Source: Thermostichus sp. DRC_bins_24
Lineage (GTDB): Bacteria; Cyanobacteriota; Cyanobacteriia; Thermostichales; Thermostichaceae
Reading direction: 5' to 3'
Assembly: GCA_039794845.1 (NCBI GenBank)
Contig: JAUQVK010000097.1
Span: 1 to 44,368, forward strand
Length of the DNA stretch: 44,368 nt
Shown here: one piece after another, positions 23,026-32,480 of the stretch
Position numbering within the stretch: the first letter of the stretch is position 1
How the letters are laid out: every line of letters begins with the position of its first letter
Position numbers and translations under genes: made by a program
The notes under the pieces: generated by a model
What the model saw: only the letters and a program-made list of their open reading frames with translations
The model's database searches: none
Told to the model about the DNA's origin: nothing

Positions 23026-24009
23026 TTAATAAGTCGCTTTCAGGCGACCTAGCACATAGTCTTGGGTGAGAATGGGCGGATAAAGGGGATCCCTGCTGTA
23101 ACGACCCACACAGGCAATTTCCGCATCAAAATTGGGATAAACCACAAAGGCCGTGGAGTAACGGGAGCGCTGCGCCTGCTCACCCATCGGCAGCACAACC
23201 CGATGAGGGGTGGAACAAAATTCATGGTTGGTCCAGCGCTGCATTAAATCACCCGTATTCACCAAAATCGCCCCCGGGATCCAAGGAGCCGAAATCCACT
23301 CCCCCTGTTGGTTGCAGACCTCTAACCCCCCGACATCATCCTGAAACAGCAGGGTAATGCTGCCGTAATCGGTATGGGCTGCAGCACGAGTTTGGCCCTC
23401 TTGCAGGTGACCCGGCAGGGGTGGATAGTGCAACATGCGCAAAATAAAATGCTGCCGATCATGGCGACTGACGAAGTACTCCCTCGGCAACTGCAAAGCC
23501 AGGGCAAAGGCCTGCAAAATCTGTTGGGTGGCGGTGCTGGCGGCCTCAAAAAAAGACAAGACCCCTTCCCGAAAGGCTTCGGCATCGGGAGGCCAAAGGT
23601 TGGGATGGTCGTACTCCGTTAAACCCGAAGAAGTGATGGCATTCAGTGGGCCTTCTTTGCCCACATTAAAGCCTTCTTTCAAATCCCCCGGTAGACAGGG
23701 ATCCAACCGTTCACTTTCCAAAGGTGAATAACCGCGATTGCTACCGTGGTCACGCCAAGAAAGGCTATCTTTCACCCCTTGGGGTAGGGCAAAAAACCAG
23801 CGCACCTGGTCAAAAAACCGGTCGATCTCCCTTTGCTCGATGCCAAAGTTGGTGAGGTACAAAAACCCAATTTCATGACAGGCTTGGTAAATTTGTTGGG
23901 CCACCTGTTCCTGTTGGCTTGGATCCCCGTGAATAAAGGGATGCAAATTCACCATTGGGATCTTTTCGGTAAGGGCAACGGCTTGATTTTGCCCAGGGGC
24001 GGCACACAT
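23026..24009 (-). CDS. 2-oxoglutarate/Fe(II) dioxygenase, isopenicillin N synthase family
   Basis: GFLYL, NRGY, LHYPP, HTDYGSITLL, STPHRV and RYS motifs. Confidence 0.93.
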   Translation of the reverse strand: MCAAPGQNQAVALTEKIPMVNLHPFIHGDPSQQEQVAQQIYQACHEIGFLYLTNFGIEQREIDRFFDQVRWFFALPQGVKDSLSWRDHGSNRGYSPLESERLDPCLPGDLKEGFNVGKEGPLNAITSSGLTEYDHPNLWPPDAEAFREGVLSFFEAASTATQQILQAFALALQLPREYFVSRHDRQHFILRMLHYPPLPGHLQEGQTRAAAHTDYGSITLLFQDDVGGLEVCNQQGEWISAPWIPGAILVNTGDLMQRWTNHEFCSTPHRVVLPMGEQAQRSRYSTAFVVYPNFDAEIACVGRYSRDPLYPPILTQDYVLGRLKATY

Positions 24010-24043
24010 GAGGGGATCTCCAGAAAAGATGAGAACTAAGGAA

Positions 24044-25030
24044 TCAGCAGGACCGGGAAAACAGTTGGGCCAGTTGTCGGCGCATCAGGATCCCGGGTTT
24101 GTCTGAGGCCATGTGTTGCTCCTGAGCCAAATCCAGGGGGGTGTCGTAGTCGGTGGTTTCCAAAATGCCCCGATCCTCAGCAGCGATGGCCCGTTCCCAG
24201 GCGGTGATGTCGGCTTCTGGCACCTCTGCTTCGGTGTCGTTGCTGAGGCAAAACTGGATCACCTGCGAAGTGGCATCGTCGATAGGGGTGGCAAAGGTGC
24301 AGATGATGCGGACAATGCCATTGCCATAGGTGAGGGTGAGCTTGCGACCAAAGGGCATGTACCACACCATGTCGTTGCTTTGGATCGTCTTGGGGTCGGC
24401 CATTTGCAAATTTTGCTGCTGTTCGGGTGGGTTGACGACGGGCACCCAGGCACGCACCCGCAAGCCATACTCATACACCTCCGTTTCCAATCGGGGAGGG
24501 ATGGGTTGTTCGGCATCCCCAAAGCTGTTGCAGTGCACAAAGGCCAGGTGGGCCATATCAAAGGAGTTTTCCATCAGCCGCAAGCCACTACAGCGCCAGG
24601 GTTCACACAGCTGGTGCATCAGACGAAAAGCTGGATCAGAGGCTTCGGCAATGGTCGGGATCCCGGTCAAGGGCTCCTCCAGGGCCACCCACACATAGCC
24701 ATAGGCCACCTGAGCAGCATAGGCGGGCACTCGATAAGACTCCGGGATCTGCCCGCAGATCTGGGGCACCCTTACACAGCGGCCCTCGCCATCAAATTGC
24801 CAACCGTGATAAGGGCACTGAAGGGCACCTTCCACCACCTGTCCCTGGGACAAACGGGCTGTGCGATGGCAGCAGCGATCCGCCAGGGCAAACACACCAC
24901 CCCAGCCATCCGCCCAAAGCACCAAGGGGGATCCCAGCAGGACGAAACGCAATGGCCCCGACTCCAGCTCCCCGGCTCGGCAAACGGGATACCAAAAGTT
25001 CCGCAGTTGCGGCTGTTGAGTGACCAGCAT
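24044..25030 (-). CDS. Rieske non-heme iron oxygenase alpha subunit (VanA/NdmA-like)
   Basis: CCHR...CPYHGW Rieske site and ENSFDMAHLAFVH Fe site. Confidence 0.92.
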   Translation of the reverse strand: MLVTQQPQLRNFWYPVCRAGELESGPLRFVLLGSPLVLWADGWGGVFALADRCCHRTARLSQGQVVEGALQCPYHGWQFDGEGRCVRVPQICGQIPESYRVPAYAAQVAYGYVWVALEEPLTGIPTIAEASDPAFRLMHQLCEPWRCSGLRLMENSFDMAHLAFVHCNSFGDAEQPIPPRLETEVYEYGLRVRAWVPVVNPPEQQQNLQMADPKTIQSNDMVWYMPFGRKLTLTYGNGIVRIICTFATPIDDATSQVIQFCLSNDTEAEVPEADITAWERAIAAEDRGILETTDYDTPLDLAQEQHMASDKPGILMRRQLAQLFSRSC

Positions 25031-25149
25031 CCGTTAATCATGCAATGGATCTGATTCCACGCTAATCAGGATAGGATCCGGAAATCGGTAGCTTAAAACA
25101 CCGGATCCGGAAGCACAGGTTCTCATCCAGCCCCGCATCAACCGGTATC

Positions 25150-28100
25150 CTAACCGACATGAGGGGTTGGGTTGGTCAGGCCGATCACCTGGGTATGGGC
25201 ACCCCGAGCCTGGGTCACACCAATCGTGCGCTCTGCCTTTTCGATCATGGGGCGGCGCAAACTGACCACCAAAAACTGTGCCTGCCGGGATTGCTGCCAG
25301 ATCATGTTGGCCAACTTTTCCACATTCGCCCCATCCAAAAACATATCCACCTCATCGAAGGCATAAAAACTGGAGGGGCGAAACCGCTGTAGGGCAAAAA
25401 TGAAGCTCAGGGCCGTCAGGGATTTTTCTCCCCCCGACATAGCACTGAGACGACGCACTGGCTTACCCTTTGGATGGGCCACTAGAGTTAGACCTCCCGC
25501 CAAGGGATCCTCTGGATTTTCCAATTCCAAATGGCCATCACCATCGGAAAGCTGGGCAAAAATGCTCTGAAAATGGCCATTGACGGCGTTAAAAGCATCC
25601 AAAAAGGCTTGGCGGCGCAGGGTGGCAAAATTTTCGATGCGCAACAACAATTCTGTTCGTTCTTGGTTGAGGGTGTCCAACTTAGCGCTCAAATCCGTGA
25701 GGCGAACTTGCGTTTCTTCGTATTCGGTAATCGCCAGCATATTGACGGGTTCGAGGGAACGCAGTTTGTCTTCGGTTTTGCGTTTTTGCCGCTGCAACTC
25801 ATCCAACGTTAGGTTGGCAGGCAAATCGGGAAGTGGATCGGGCAGATCTTGGGCAGCCGCGTGCAGTTGCGTTTGCAGCTGGGCGAGCAGGGCTTCTTTT
25901 TCCTGCTGTTGGGTGAGGGCATTGTAGCGTTCCCAATCGAGGCGCTGGATCTGCTGTTGTTGGGCGCGCACTTGAAATTCCTGTTGATCCCGTTCTTGGC
26001 GAAGATGGGAGAGACGGGCTTCGAGCTCGCTCATGTGCTGCCGTTGGTCGGCGATGTGCTGTTGGGTTTGGCGAATAATCTCTTGCTGTTGCGCGATTTG
26101 CGCCTGCAGTTGGGTCTGCCGCTGCTCACTTTCTTGTAGGCGCTCCTGTTGTTGCTGTACTTTGGCGCGGTTGAGTTGTTGTTGGGTGGAGTTTTCTTGC
26201 CGTTGCCGCTCCAGTTGGTTGAGTTGTTGCTGGAGCTCCGCCAGATGGCTCTCTTGTTGTTGAACCGTTTGCTGAATTTGCTGCCAATGCTGGTTCACCG
26301 GGGATCCCTCCAGTTGGCTGAGCTTGAGGGTAAGATCCGCCAGGCGCTGTTCCAGGGGAACGAGGTAAAGCTGAATTTGCTCAAGCCGCTGCTGAACCTG
26401 TTGGCTTGCGGTTTGCAGTTGCGCCAGGGATCCCTGCAGCTGCTTAAGGCGGGCCTGTTGGTTTTGGCAGTCGGATTGGTGGCGCTCCAGATATTGCTGG
26501 GCTTGCAAGGTGTCTTGGCGGGCGGGTAGCAGGGCTTGGGCCAGCTGTTTCTCACGGGCTTGGCCAGCTTGTAGGCGTGGGGTGAGGGCGGCCAGCAGCT
26601 CTTCGATCTCGGCAAGGCGGGCCCGCAATTCGTCCACTTCCGCGTGTTCGCCGGCGGAAAAGTGGATCCCCTGTCGTTGTGGGCTGGTGCCGCCGGTGAT
26701 TGCCCCCGAGGTTTCCAGAAGTTCTCCTTCTAGGGTGACGATGCGATGCTTGCCAATGTGAGGCTGGGCCAGTTCCAGGCTCTCGAAAACCAGGGTAGAG
26801 CCGAGCACAAAGCCAAACACATCTCGGTAGCGATCTTCAAAACGCACCAGGCGAATGGCGTAGTCAATCAGGCCATTCAACTTCAAAGGGCTGGGCGGGC
26901 GGGTGGTTTGTAGTTTATTCAAGGGTAAAAAGGTGGCTCGTCCCGCCTTTTCCCGTTTCAAAAAGTTCACGGCACTGACGGCCACCGTGTCATCTTCCAC
27001 CACCACAAACTGCAACCGGCCCCCGGCGGCAATCTCCAGAGCCAGTTGATACTGTGGATCCACCTGCCCCAGTTGGGCCACCAACCCCAAGACCCCCGGC
27101 AGACGAGCGCTCAACACGGCTTGGGTTGCCCGGGATCCCTGGGATTCCTGCAAAACTTGGCGACGGGTTTCCAATTTATCCAGTTGCCGCTGCTTGCTGT
27201 GTAGCTCAGCCGTCAGCCGCTCGTGGGTGGATCGATCCAGTTCCAGGCTGGCCTGCAGCTGGGCCAATTCCTGGGCCAGGGTCTGTACCTGGGTTTCCGA
27301 CTGACGGCAGGAGTGTTCTAGGTCGGCGGTAAGGGCAAGGTGGAACCCCAGCCATTCCTCAATTTGGGCGATCTCTGCTTGGGTCTCTTGGCTTTGGCGC
27401 TCCAGTTGTCGCTGCTGCTCCTGTAGGCGAATTTGCTCCTGTTGGAGAGGCTCCTGTTCGGCGCGAATCTCCTGAATATGGCGGGTGAGGTAGCGTTGCT
27501 GTTTCACCCAAGCATCGGAGGATTGGGCCAGGGCTCGCAGTTGCTCACGGCTGTGTTCCAAGCCCGTTTGGGCTTTCTGTTGCTGGGTTTGCAGGGATCC
27601 CTGGGCTTGAGTGAGTTGCTCCTGTTCTGTCTGTAGGCATTCCAGTTCTGCGTCCAGATTGTGCAGTTGCGCTTGAGCGTGTTGGCGCAGGTGCTGACCC
27701 TGCTCGATCTCCTGCTGCCACATTTCAATTTGTTGAGTGGCCTGTTGGAGTTGCGCTTCGGCAGTGGCGATCTGGGCTTGCAGGTGCAGGTATTCTTCCT
27801 CCCCAAGGGCATGGATGCGGCTTTGCAATTCCGTCAGAGTGGCTTCTGCTTGTTTCAAATTGTCGTTCAAAGCTTCCAGCTCAGCAGTGGCTTGAGCCTG
27901 AGTGCTGAGGAGCTGCTGAATCGAAGCTTGGGTTTGTTCCACTTGCGTTTGCAAATGTCGCCAAAGCAGCACCTGTTGCTGCTGTTCCAGGGTTTCCAAA
28001 TGCAGTCGCAGTTGCCGGTACTGCTGGGCTTTTTCACTTTCCTTGAGCAGCCGCTCCCCTTGGGCCTGCAATTCTTGCTCGATGAGGCGGAACCGCTCAA

Positions 28101-28731
28101 TCTGTTCTCGTACTGCCTCTAGCTTGTTGTTGGCCTGGGCGATTTTGCGGTCGAAGGTGGCCACCCCCGCCAATTCGTCGATAATCTGCCGCCGCTCCTT
28201 GGCGTTCATGGAAATAATGCTGGTGACATCCCCCTGCAAAACGACGTTGTAGCCGTTCGGGTAAATGTGCATCGCCTCGAGTTGTTCGTGCAGCTCGCTC
28301 AGGGTGCAGGGCACATCGTTGATATAAAAAGTGCTGGTGTAGGCAGGAGAATCGGGATCCTCTCCGCGTCCGGGGCTAACCCGCAGACGACGACTCACTT
28401 TCCATTCCCTTGAGGATGCTGCTCCATTGCTGTTGTTAGAAGCTACCGGACGGGATCCCTGCCCCAGATCACCCAGATCAAAGGTGACCGAAACATGGGT
28501 CTCGACTCGCCGATGGCCATTGAGACTGCCCGAATGCACCAGATCCAGCAGCTTTTCCGCCCGCATGCCCCGCGAGGAAGACAACCCCAGGGCGAACAAA
28601 ATCGCATCGAGAATATTGGATTTGCCAGAGCCGTTGGGGCCGGAAATGACGGTAAACCCCGGCAACAATGGCATCGACGTCGTGCTACCAAACGACTTAA
28701 ATCGGGTCAACTCAATCTGTTTGACGTACAT
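25150..28731 (-). CDS. smc: Chromosome segregation protein SMC
   Basis: FKSF, GPNGSGKSN, hinge GRATFLPL, MSGGEKS and DEVD motifs. Confidence 0.98.
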   Translation of the reverse strand: MYVKQIELTRFKSFGSTTSMPLLPGFTVISGPNGSGKSNILDAILFALGLSSSRGMRAEKLLDLVHSGSLNGHRRVETHVSVTFDLGDLGQGSRPVASNNSNGAASSREWKVSRRLRVSPGRGEDPDSPAYTSTFYINDVPCTLSELHEQLEAMHIYPNGYNVVLQGDVTSIISMNAKERRQIIDELAGVATFDRKIAQANNKLEAVREQIERFRLIEQELQAQGERLLKESEKAQQYRQLRLHLETLEQQQQVLLWRHLQTQVEQTQASIQQLLSTQAQATAELEALNDNLKQAEATLTELQSRIHALGEEEYLHLQAQIATAEAQLQQATQQIEMWQQEIEQGQHLRQHAQAQLHNLDAELECLQTEQEQLTQAQGSLQTQQQKAQTGLEHSREQLRALAQSSDAWVKQQRYLTRHIQEIRAEQEPLQQEQIRLQEQQRQLERQSQETQAEIAQIEEWLGFHLALTADLEHSCRQSETQVQTLAQELAQLQASLELDRSTHERLTAELHSKQRQLDKLETRRQVLQESQGSRATQAVLSARLPGVLGLVAQLGQVDPQYQLALEIAAGGRLQFVVVEDDTVAVSAVNFLKREKAGRATFLPLNKLQTTRPPSPLKLNGLIDYAIRLVRFEDRYRDVFGFVLGSTLVFESLELAQPHIGKHRIVTLEGELLETSGAITGGTSPQRQGIHFSAGEHAEVDELRARLAEIEELLAALTPRLQAGQAREKQLAQALLPARQDTLQAQQYLERHQSDCQNQQARLKQLQGSLAQLQTASQQVQQRLEQIQLYLVPLEQRLADLTLKLSQLEGSPVNQHWQQIQQTVQQQESHLAELQQQLNQLERQRQENSTQQQLNRAKVQQQQERLQESEQRQTQLQAQIAQQQEIIRQTQQHIADQRQHMSELEARLSHLRQERDQQEFQVRAQQQQIQRLDWERYNALTQQQEKEALLAQLQTQLHAAAQDLPDPLPDLPANLTLDELQRQKRKTEDKLRSLEPVNMLAITEYEETQVRLTDLSAKLDTLNQERTELLLRIENFATLRRQAFLDAFNAVNGHFQSIFAQLSDGDGHLELENPEDPLAGGLTLVAHPKGKPVRRLSAMSGGEKSLTALSFIFALQRFRPSSFYAFDEVDMFLDGANVEKLANMIWQQSRQAQFLVVSLRRPMIEKAERTIGVTQARGAHTQVIGLTNPTPHVG

Positions 28732-28844
28732 GACACCGCACATCTAGTGTGGCCACCACCAGATGATGGCAACAGGCTAGCATGGGTAGCGAAACTTGCG
28801 TAGCCAACCGACCCGATTGAGCCACTCCAGGTTGCCCGAAGCCC

Positions 28845-29219
28845 TCAGGTCGGTGTTCGGGGGGTAGACTCCGGATCCGTGAGCAGATCTGCCTTCTGCA
28901 GCAGGCGATGCACCTCCGCACTCAGCTCCTGCCAACTGTAGGTCAACAGGCTCGCCTTCGGGATCAGCAACAGCCGATAGCCGGTTTTCAAGCGCGGGCA
29001 TAAGGGCCGCAGAATTTCTCGCAACCGGCGACGCAAGCGGTTTCGGCGCACCGCCGATTTGCTTACCTTTCTGCTGATCACCAACCCCACTTGGCTGGGG
29101 ATCCCTGGCTCTCCAGGGCGAAACAGCACCGTCAGACTTGAACTGGAGCGGCGTTGCCCTTCCTGATACAGGGCTTGAAAGGCTCGACGATCGCGCAATC
29201 GATGACGAGCAGGCAACAT
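28845..29219 (-). CDS. rnpA: RNase P protein component
   Basis: GLVISRKVSKSAVRRNRLRRRLRE; downstream of rpmH. Confidence 0.96.
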   Translation of the reverse strand: MLPARHRLRDRRAFQALYQEGQRRSSSSLTVLFRPGEPGIPSQVGLVISRKVSKSAVRRNRLRRRLREILRPLCPRLKTGYRLLLIPKASLLTYSWQELSAEVHRLLQKADLLTDPESTPRTPT

Positions 29220-29306
29220 GTATCAGGCAAACATAAAGCAAAATAGCTCAGCAGAAGGGGATCCCTGCTTGGATCAGACCCTAGCTAGGTAAACGTACCC
29301 ACCAAC

Positions 29307-29447
29307 TCAAGAAGCAGCCAAACGATAGCGCCCTTTGGCCCGCCGCCGCCGCAAAACTTGCCGCCCGGTTGCGGTTTGCATTCTGGCACGAAACCCAGAG
29401 ACTCGGATACGCCTGCGATTGGTGCCGCGAAGGGTACGCTTGGTCAT
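29307..29447 (-). CDS. rpmH: 50S ribosomal protein L34 (46 aa)
   Basis: Not in the ORF track. [46 protein letters not shown]. Confidence 0.96.
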   Translation of the reverse strand: MTKRTLRGTNRRRIRVSGFRARMQTATGRQVLRRRRAKGRYRLAAS

Positions 29448-29704
29448 GGTGAGGAACCCATGGGGTCAATAACGTTTAACAAAGTCGACGAGACTGAAGC
29501 TCACCCGTGCAGACCGAAATTCAGCCTACCTGCAGCCAGTCACGGGTTCATGATCGTAACAGACTTAGCGAAAATTCGCCAGATTGGACACCCTGCGCGA
29601 AGCGGCTAAATTGGGGTATCCTGAGTCCCTGTCGAGGGGGCAGAGGTGCCAACCGGCGCCGCTGGTTTCCCTTGGCCTTCGACTTATCGCTCTGGGTGTG
29701 TTGT

Positions 29705-31111
29705 GTGGATATCTCCCTCGATCAACTCTGGGATGAGGCTTTGGGGCATCTGCAGGTGCAGCTCAGCCGCCCAACCTTTGAGGCCTGGATCAAAACGGCA
29801 CGGGCTGAGTCGCTGGTGGGTAACCGTCTCACCATCTGTACCCCCAGCGAATGGGCGCGGGGCTGGTTGCAAAAACACTATGCCCCCACCATCACTGAAG
29901 TCGTACAACGGGTGGCCGGGATCCCTTTGCAGGTGGAGTTTTCGGTTTCCCCCCACACCCTAGCCGAAGAAGAACCCCACTCCGCAGAAGATCTTTCTTC
30001 AACAACCCGCAGTGCCAACAGTTTGCCCGCTTCCACCACCTTGGGTCTGGAGGTGAACGGCGGCTTACCGATGCGAGCACCCGATCTCAACCCCAAGTAT
30101 TCTTTCTCTCGTTTTGTGGTCGGCTCCAACAACCGCATGGCCCATGCTGCGGCGCTGGCAGTGGCGGATAAACCTGGGCGTGCCTACAATCCGCTGTTTT
30201 TGTGTGGCGGGGTGGGGCTGGGCAAAACCCACTTGATGCAGGCGATTGGCCACTACCAGCTCGAGGCGGATCGTCGCGCCAAAATTTTTTACGTGTCCAC
30301 CGAGCGGTTCACCAACGACCTCATCGATGCGATCCGGCGGGACAGTATGCAGTCTTTCCGGGAGCACTATCGAGATGTGGATGTCCTGTTGGTGGACGAT
30401 ATCCAATTCATTGAGGGCAAGGAGTATACCCAAGAGGAGTTTTTTCATACTTTTAATACCCTGCATGAATCCGGTAAACAAATCATCCTGGCTGCCGACC
30501 GTTCCCCCCATCTGATCCCTCGTCTGCAGGAACGGCTGTGTTCCCGCTTTTCTATGGGCTTGATTGCCGAAATTCAATCACCGGATATCGAAACCCGCAT
30601 GGCCATCCTCAAGAAAAAAGCCGAGTACGAGGGGATGAACCTACCCGCCGAGGTGATCGAGTACATTGCCACCACCTACACCAGTAACATCCGCGAGCTG
30701 GAAGGCGCCCTGATCCGGGCCGTCGCTTATGTATCGATTTCCGGCCTGCCCATGAGTGTGGAAACCATTCAACCCATCCTCAACCCCCCCACCGAACCGA
30801 AGGAGATCACCGCCGATATCGTCATTGCTGTGGTCTGTGAAGAATTCGGCATCGATCGGGATAGCTTACTGGGATCCTCCCGCAAGCGAGACATCAGCCA
30901 AGCCCGTCAGGTGGCAATGTTTTTAATGCGCCACCACACCAACCTCAGTCTGCCGAAGATCGGGGATTATTTTGGGGGCAAAGACCATACCACCGTTCTC
31001 TACAGTTGCGAGAAGGTCACCCAACTACAACGGGAAAACCTGCAATTCGAGCGGCAACTGCAAAACCTGGCAGAACGGCTGCGGGTGACCGCTAACAATC
31101 GCGAGAACTAG
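29705..31111 (+). CDS. dnaA: Chromosomal replication initiator DnaA
   Basis: [35 protein letters not shown] and [10 protein letters not shown] motifs. Likely GTG start at 29705. Confidence 0.98.
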   Translation: MDISLDQLWDEALGHLQVQLSRPTFEAWIKTARAESLVGNRLTICTPSEWARGWLQKHYAPTITEVVQRVAGIPLQVEFSVSPHTLAEEEPHSAEDLSSTTRSANSLPASTTLGLEVNGGLPMRAPDLNPKYSFSRFVVGSNNRMAHAAALAVADKPGRAYNPLFLCGGVGLGKTHLMQAIGHYQLEADRRAKIFYVSTERFTNDLIDAIRRDSMQSFREHYRDVDVLLVDDIQFIEGKEYTQEEFFHTFNTLHESGKQIILAADRSPHLIPRLQERLCSRFSMGLIAEIQSPDIETRMAILKKKAEYEGMNLPAEVIEYIATTYTSNIRELEGALIRAVAYVSISGLPMSVETIQPILNPPTEPKEITADIVIAVVCEEFGIDRDSLLGSSRKRDISQARQVAMFLMRHHTNLSLPKIGDYFGGKDHTTVLYSCEKVTQLQRENLQFERQLQNLAERLRVTANNREN

Positions 31112-31311
31112 GGTATGCCCTTTTGTATACAGCCCTTTCGCCAGTCACACATAACAAATATGGACAAATATGGAAGTTGAGATCTACTCTCTGGAGGGCT
31201 AGCCCTCCGGGCCCCGCGAAAGCGGGAGCAGGAAGTACAAGACCTGCCCTGGAAGACCCGCGCAAGGGCGGTAAATCAACTTACACATCGCAAATTACAT
31301 ATAGCAAACAT

Positions 31312-31411
31312 ATAGCAATCCGACCTGATTCATGCAGCTCGGACCGGCATCTTGCCCGTGCAGGCGAGACGCCTACCCTACAGGTTTTCACGATTCACGC
31401 AGGATTACTAC
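31312..31411. repeat. About 100-bp MITE-like element with imperfect terminal inverted repeats and an internal hairpin
   Basis: ATAGCAATCCGACCTGATTCATG matches the reverse complement of 31389-31411 at 16/23; internal GGCATCTTGCC...GGCGAGACGCC stem. Confidence 0.45.
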
Positions 31412-31464
31412 GGATCAACGGGGATCCCCGGTGAGTTAGGAAATCGGTTTCAGCTTACCTCGCA

Positions 31465-31533
31465 GGAGCCCCGCGCTCCATGCGTAGCATGTTGGCGTTA
31501 GCCTGCCGCCAAGGATTGCGTCGGGTAGTTTAC
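31465..31533 (+). mobile_element. Orphan IS200/IS605-family right-end remnant
   Basis: GGAGCCCCGCGCTC...GCGTCGGGTAGTTTAC resembles the right end of the tnpB element in this window (GAAGCCCGCGCGCT...GCGTCGGGTACTTCAC). Confidence 0.65.
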
Positions 31534-31794
31534 AACTGGATGCGATAGGGGAAAAAGCCCAACCCGCATGACCTCAGCCCCTCTTACCTTGGCAAAAAAC
31601 TCTGCTGCCTCCAGCAACCTGCGCCCCACCCCCTGACAACGATAGCCAGCATGCACAAACAGATCAGAAACACAGACATAGTCGGTGCGGGGATCATCCG
31701 GATCCGTGGATGGTAGCGTCACCACGACGCAGACAAAGTCAACCACCTCTTGCCCCAACACCGCTAAGCAGGATTCGTCCTTGATACAGAGCAC
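31534..31794 (-). pseudogene. GNAT acetyltransferase fragment
   Basis: VSDLFVHAGYRCQGVGRRLLEAAE motif A. Lacks a normal N-terminus and the 3' end runs into the IS end. Confidence 0.7.
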
Positions 31795-31971
31795 AACACT
31801 CCTATCAGAGACACCGCCATCGCTTGTCCCGGAAACAAATCAAGAGCGAAGCCCATTCATGATCCCGAAACGGAGCAACACAGCCCAAAGCACAACACGA
31901 TGGAACCAACCTTCGTACTCGATCCCCCAAACTGCATCAACCCAAGGAACTCCCTGGCTTCCTCAACAACC

Positions 31972-32350
<379 letters not shown>

Positions 32351-32480
32351 TGGGTTAGGGATCGAGATTTTAAACTTCTCCATCTACGAGCTGTGCGTTT
32401 TCCAAAACTTGTCTGGGGGGGAGGGATCCAATTCGGGCAGTCGGTGTAGGATGTGCGTGTTCAGCCCTCAAGTGCCCCTC

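Noticed and set aside
24113..25054. 313-aa plus-strand ORF (also 8742..9647 and 17194..18108)
   Set aside because: Antisense or alternative-frame shadows of well-supported genes in GC-rich DNA.
29507..29704. N-terminal 66 aa of the 534-aa DnaA ORF
   Set aside because: DnaA similarity starts at VDISLDQLW; upstream is likely the rpmH/dnaA promoter region.
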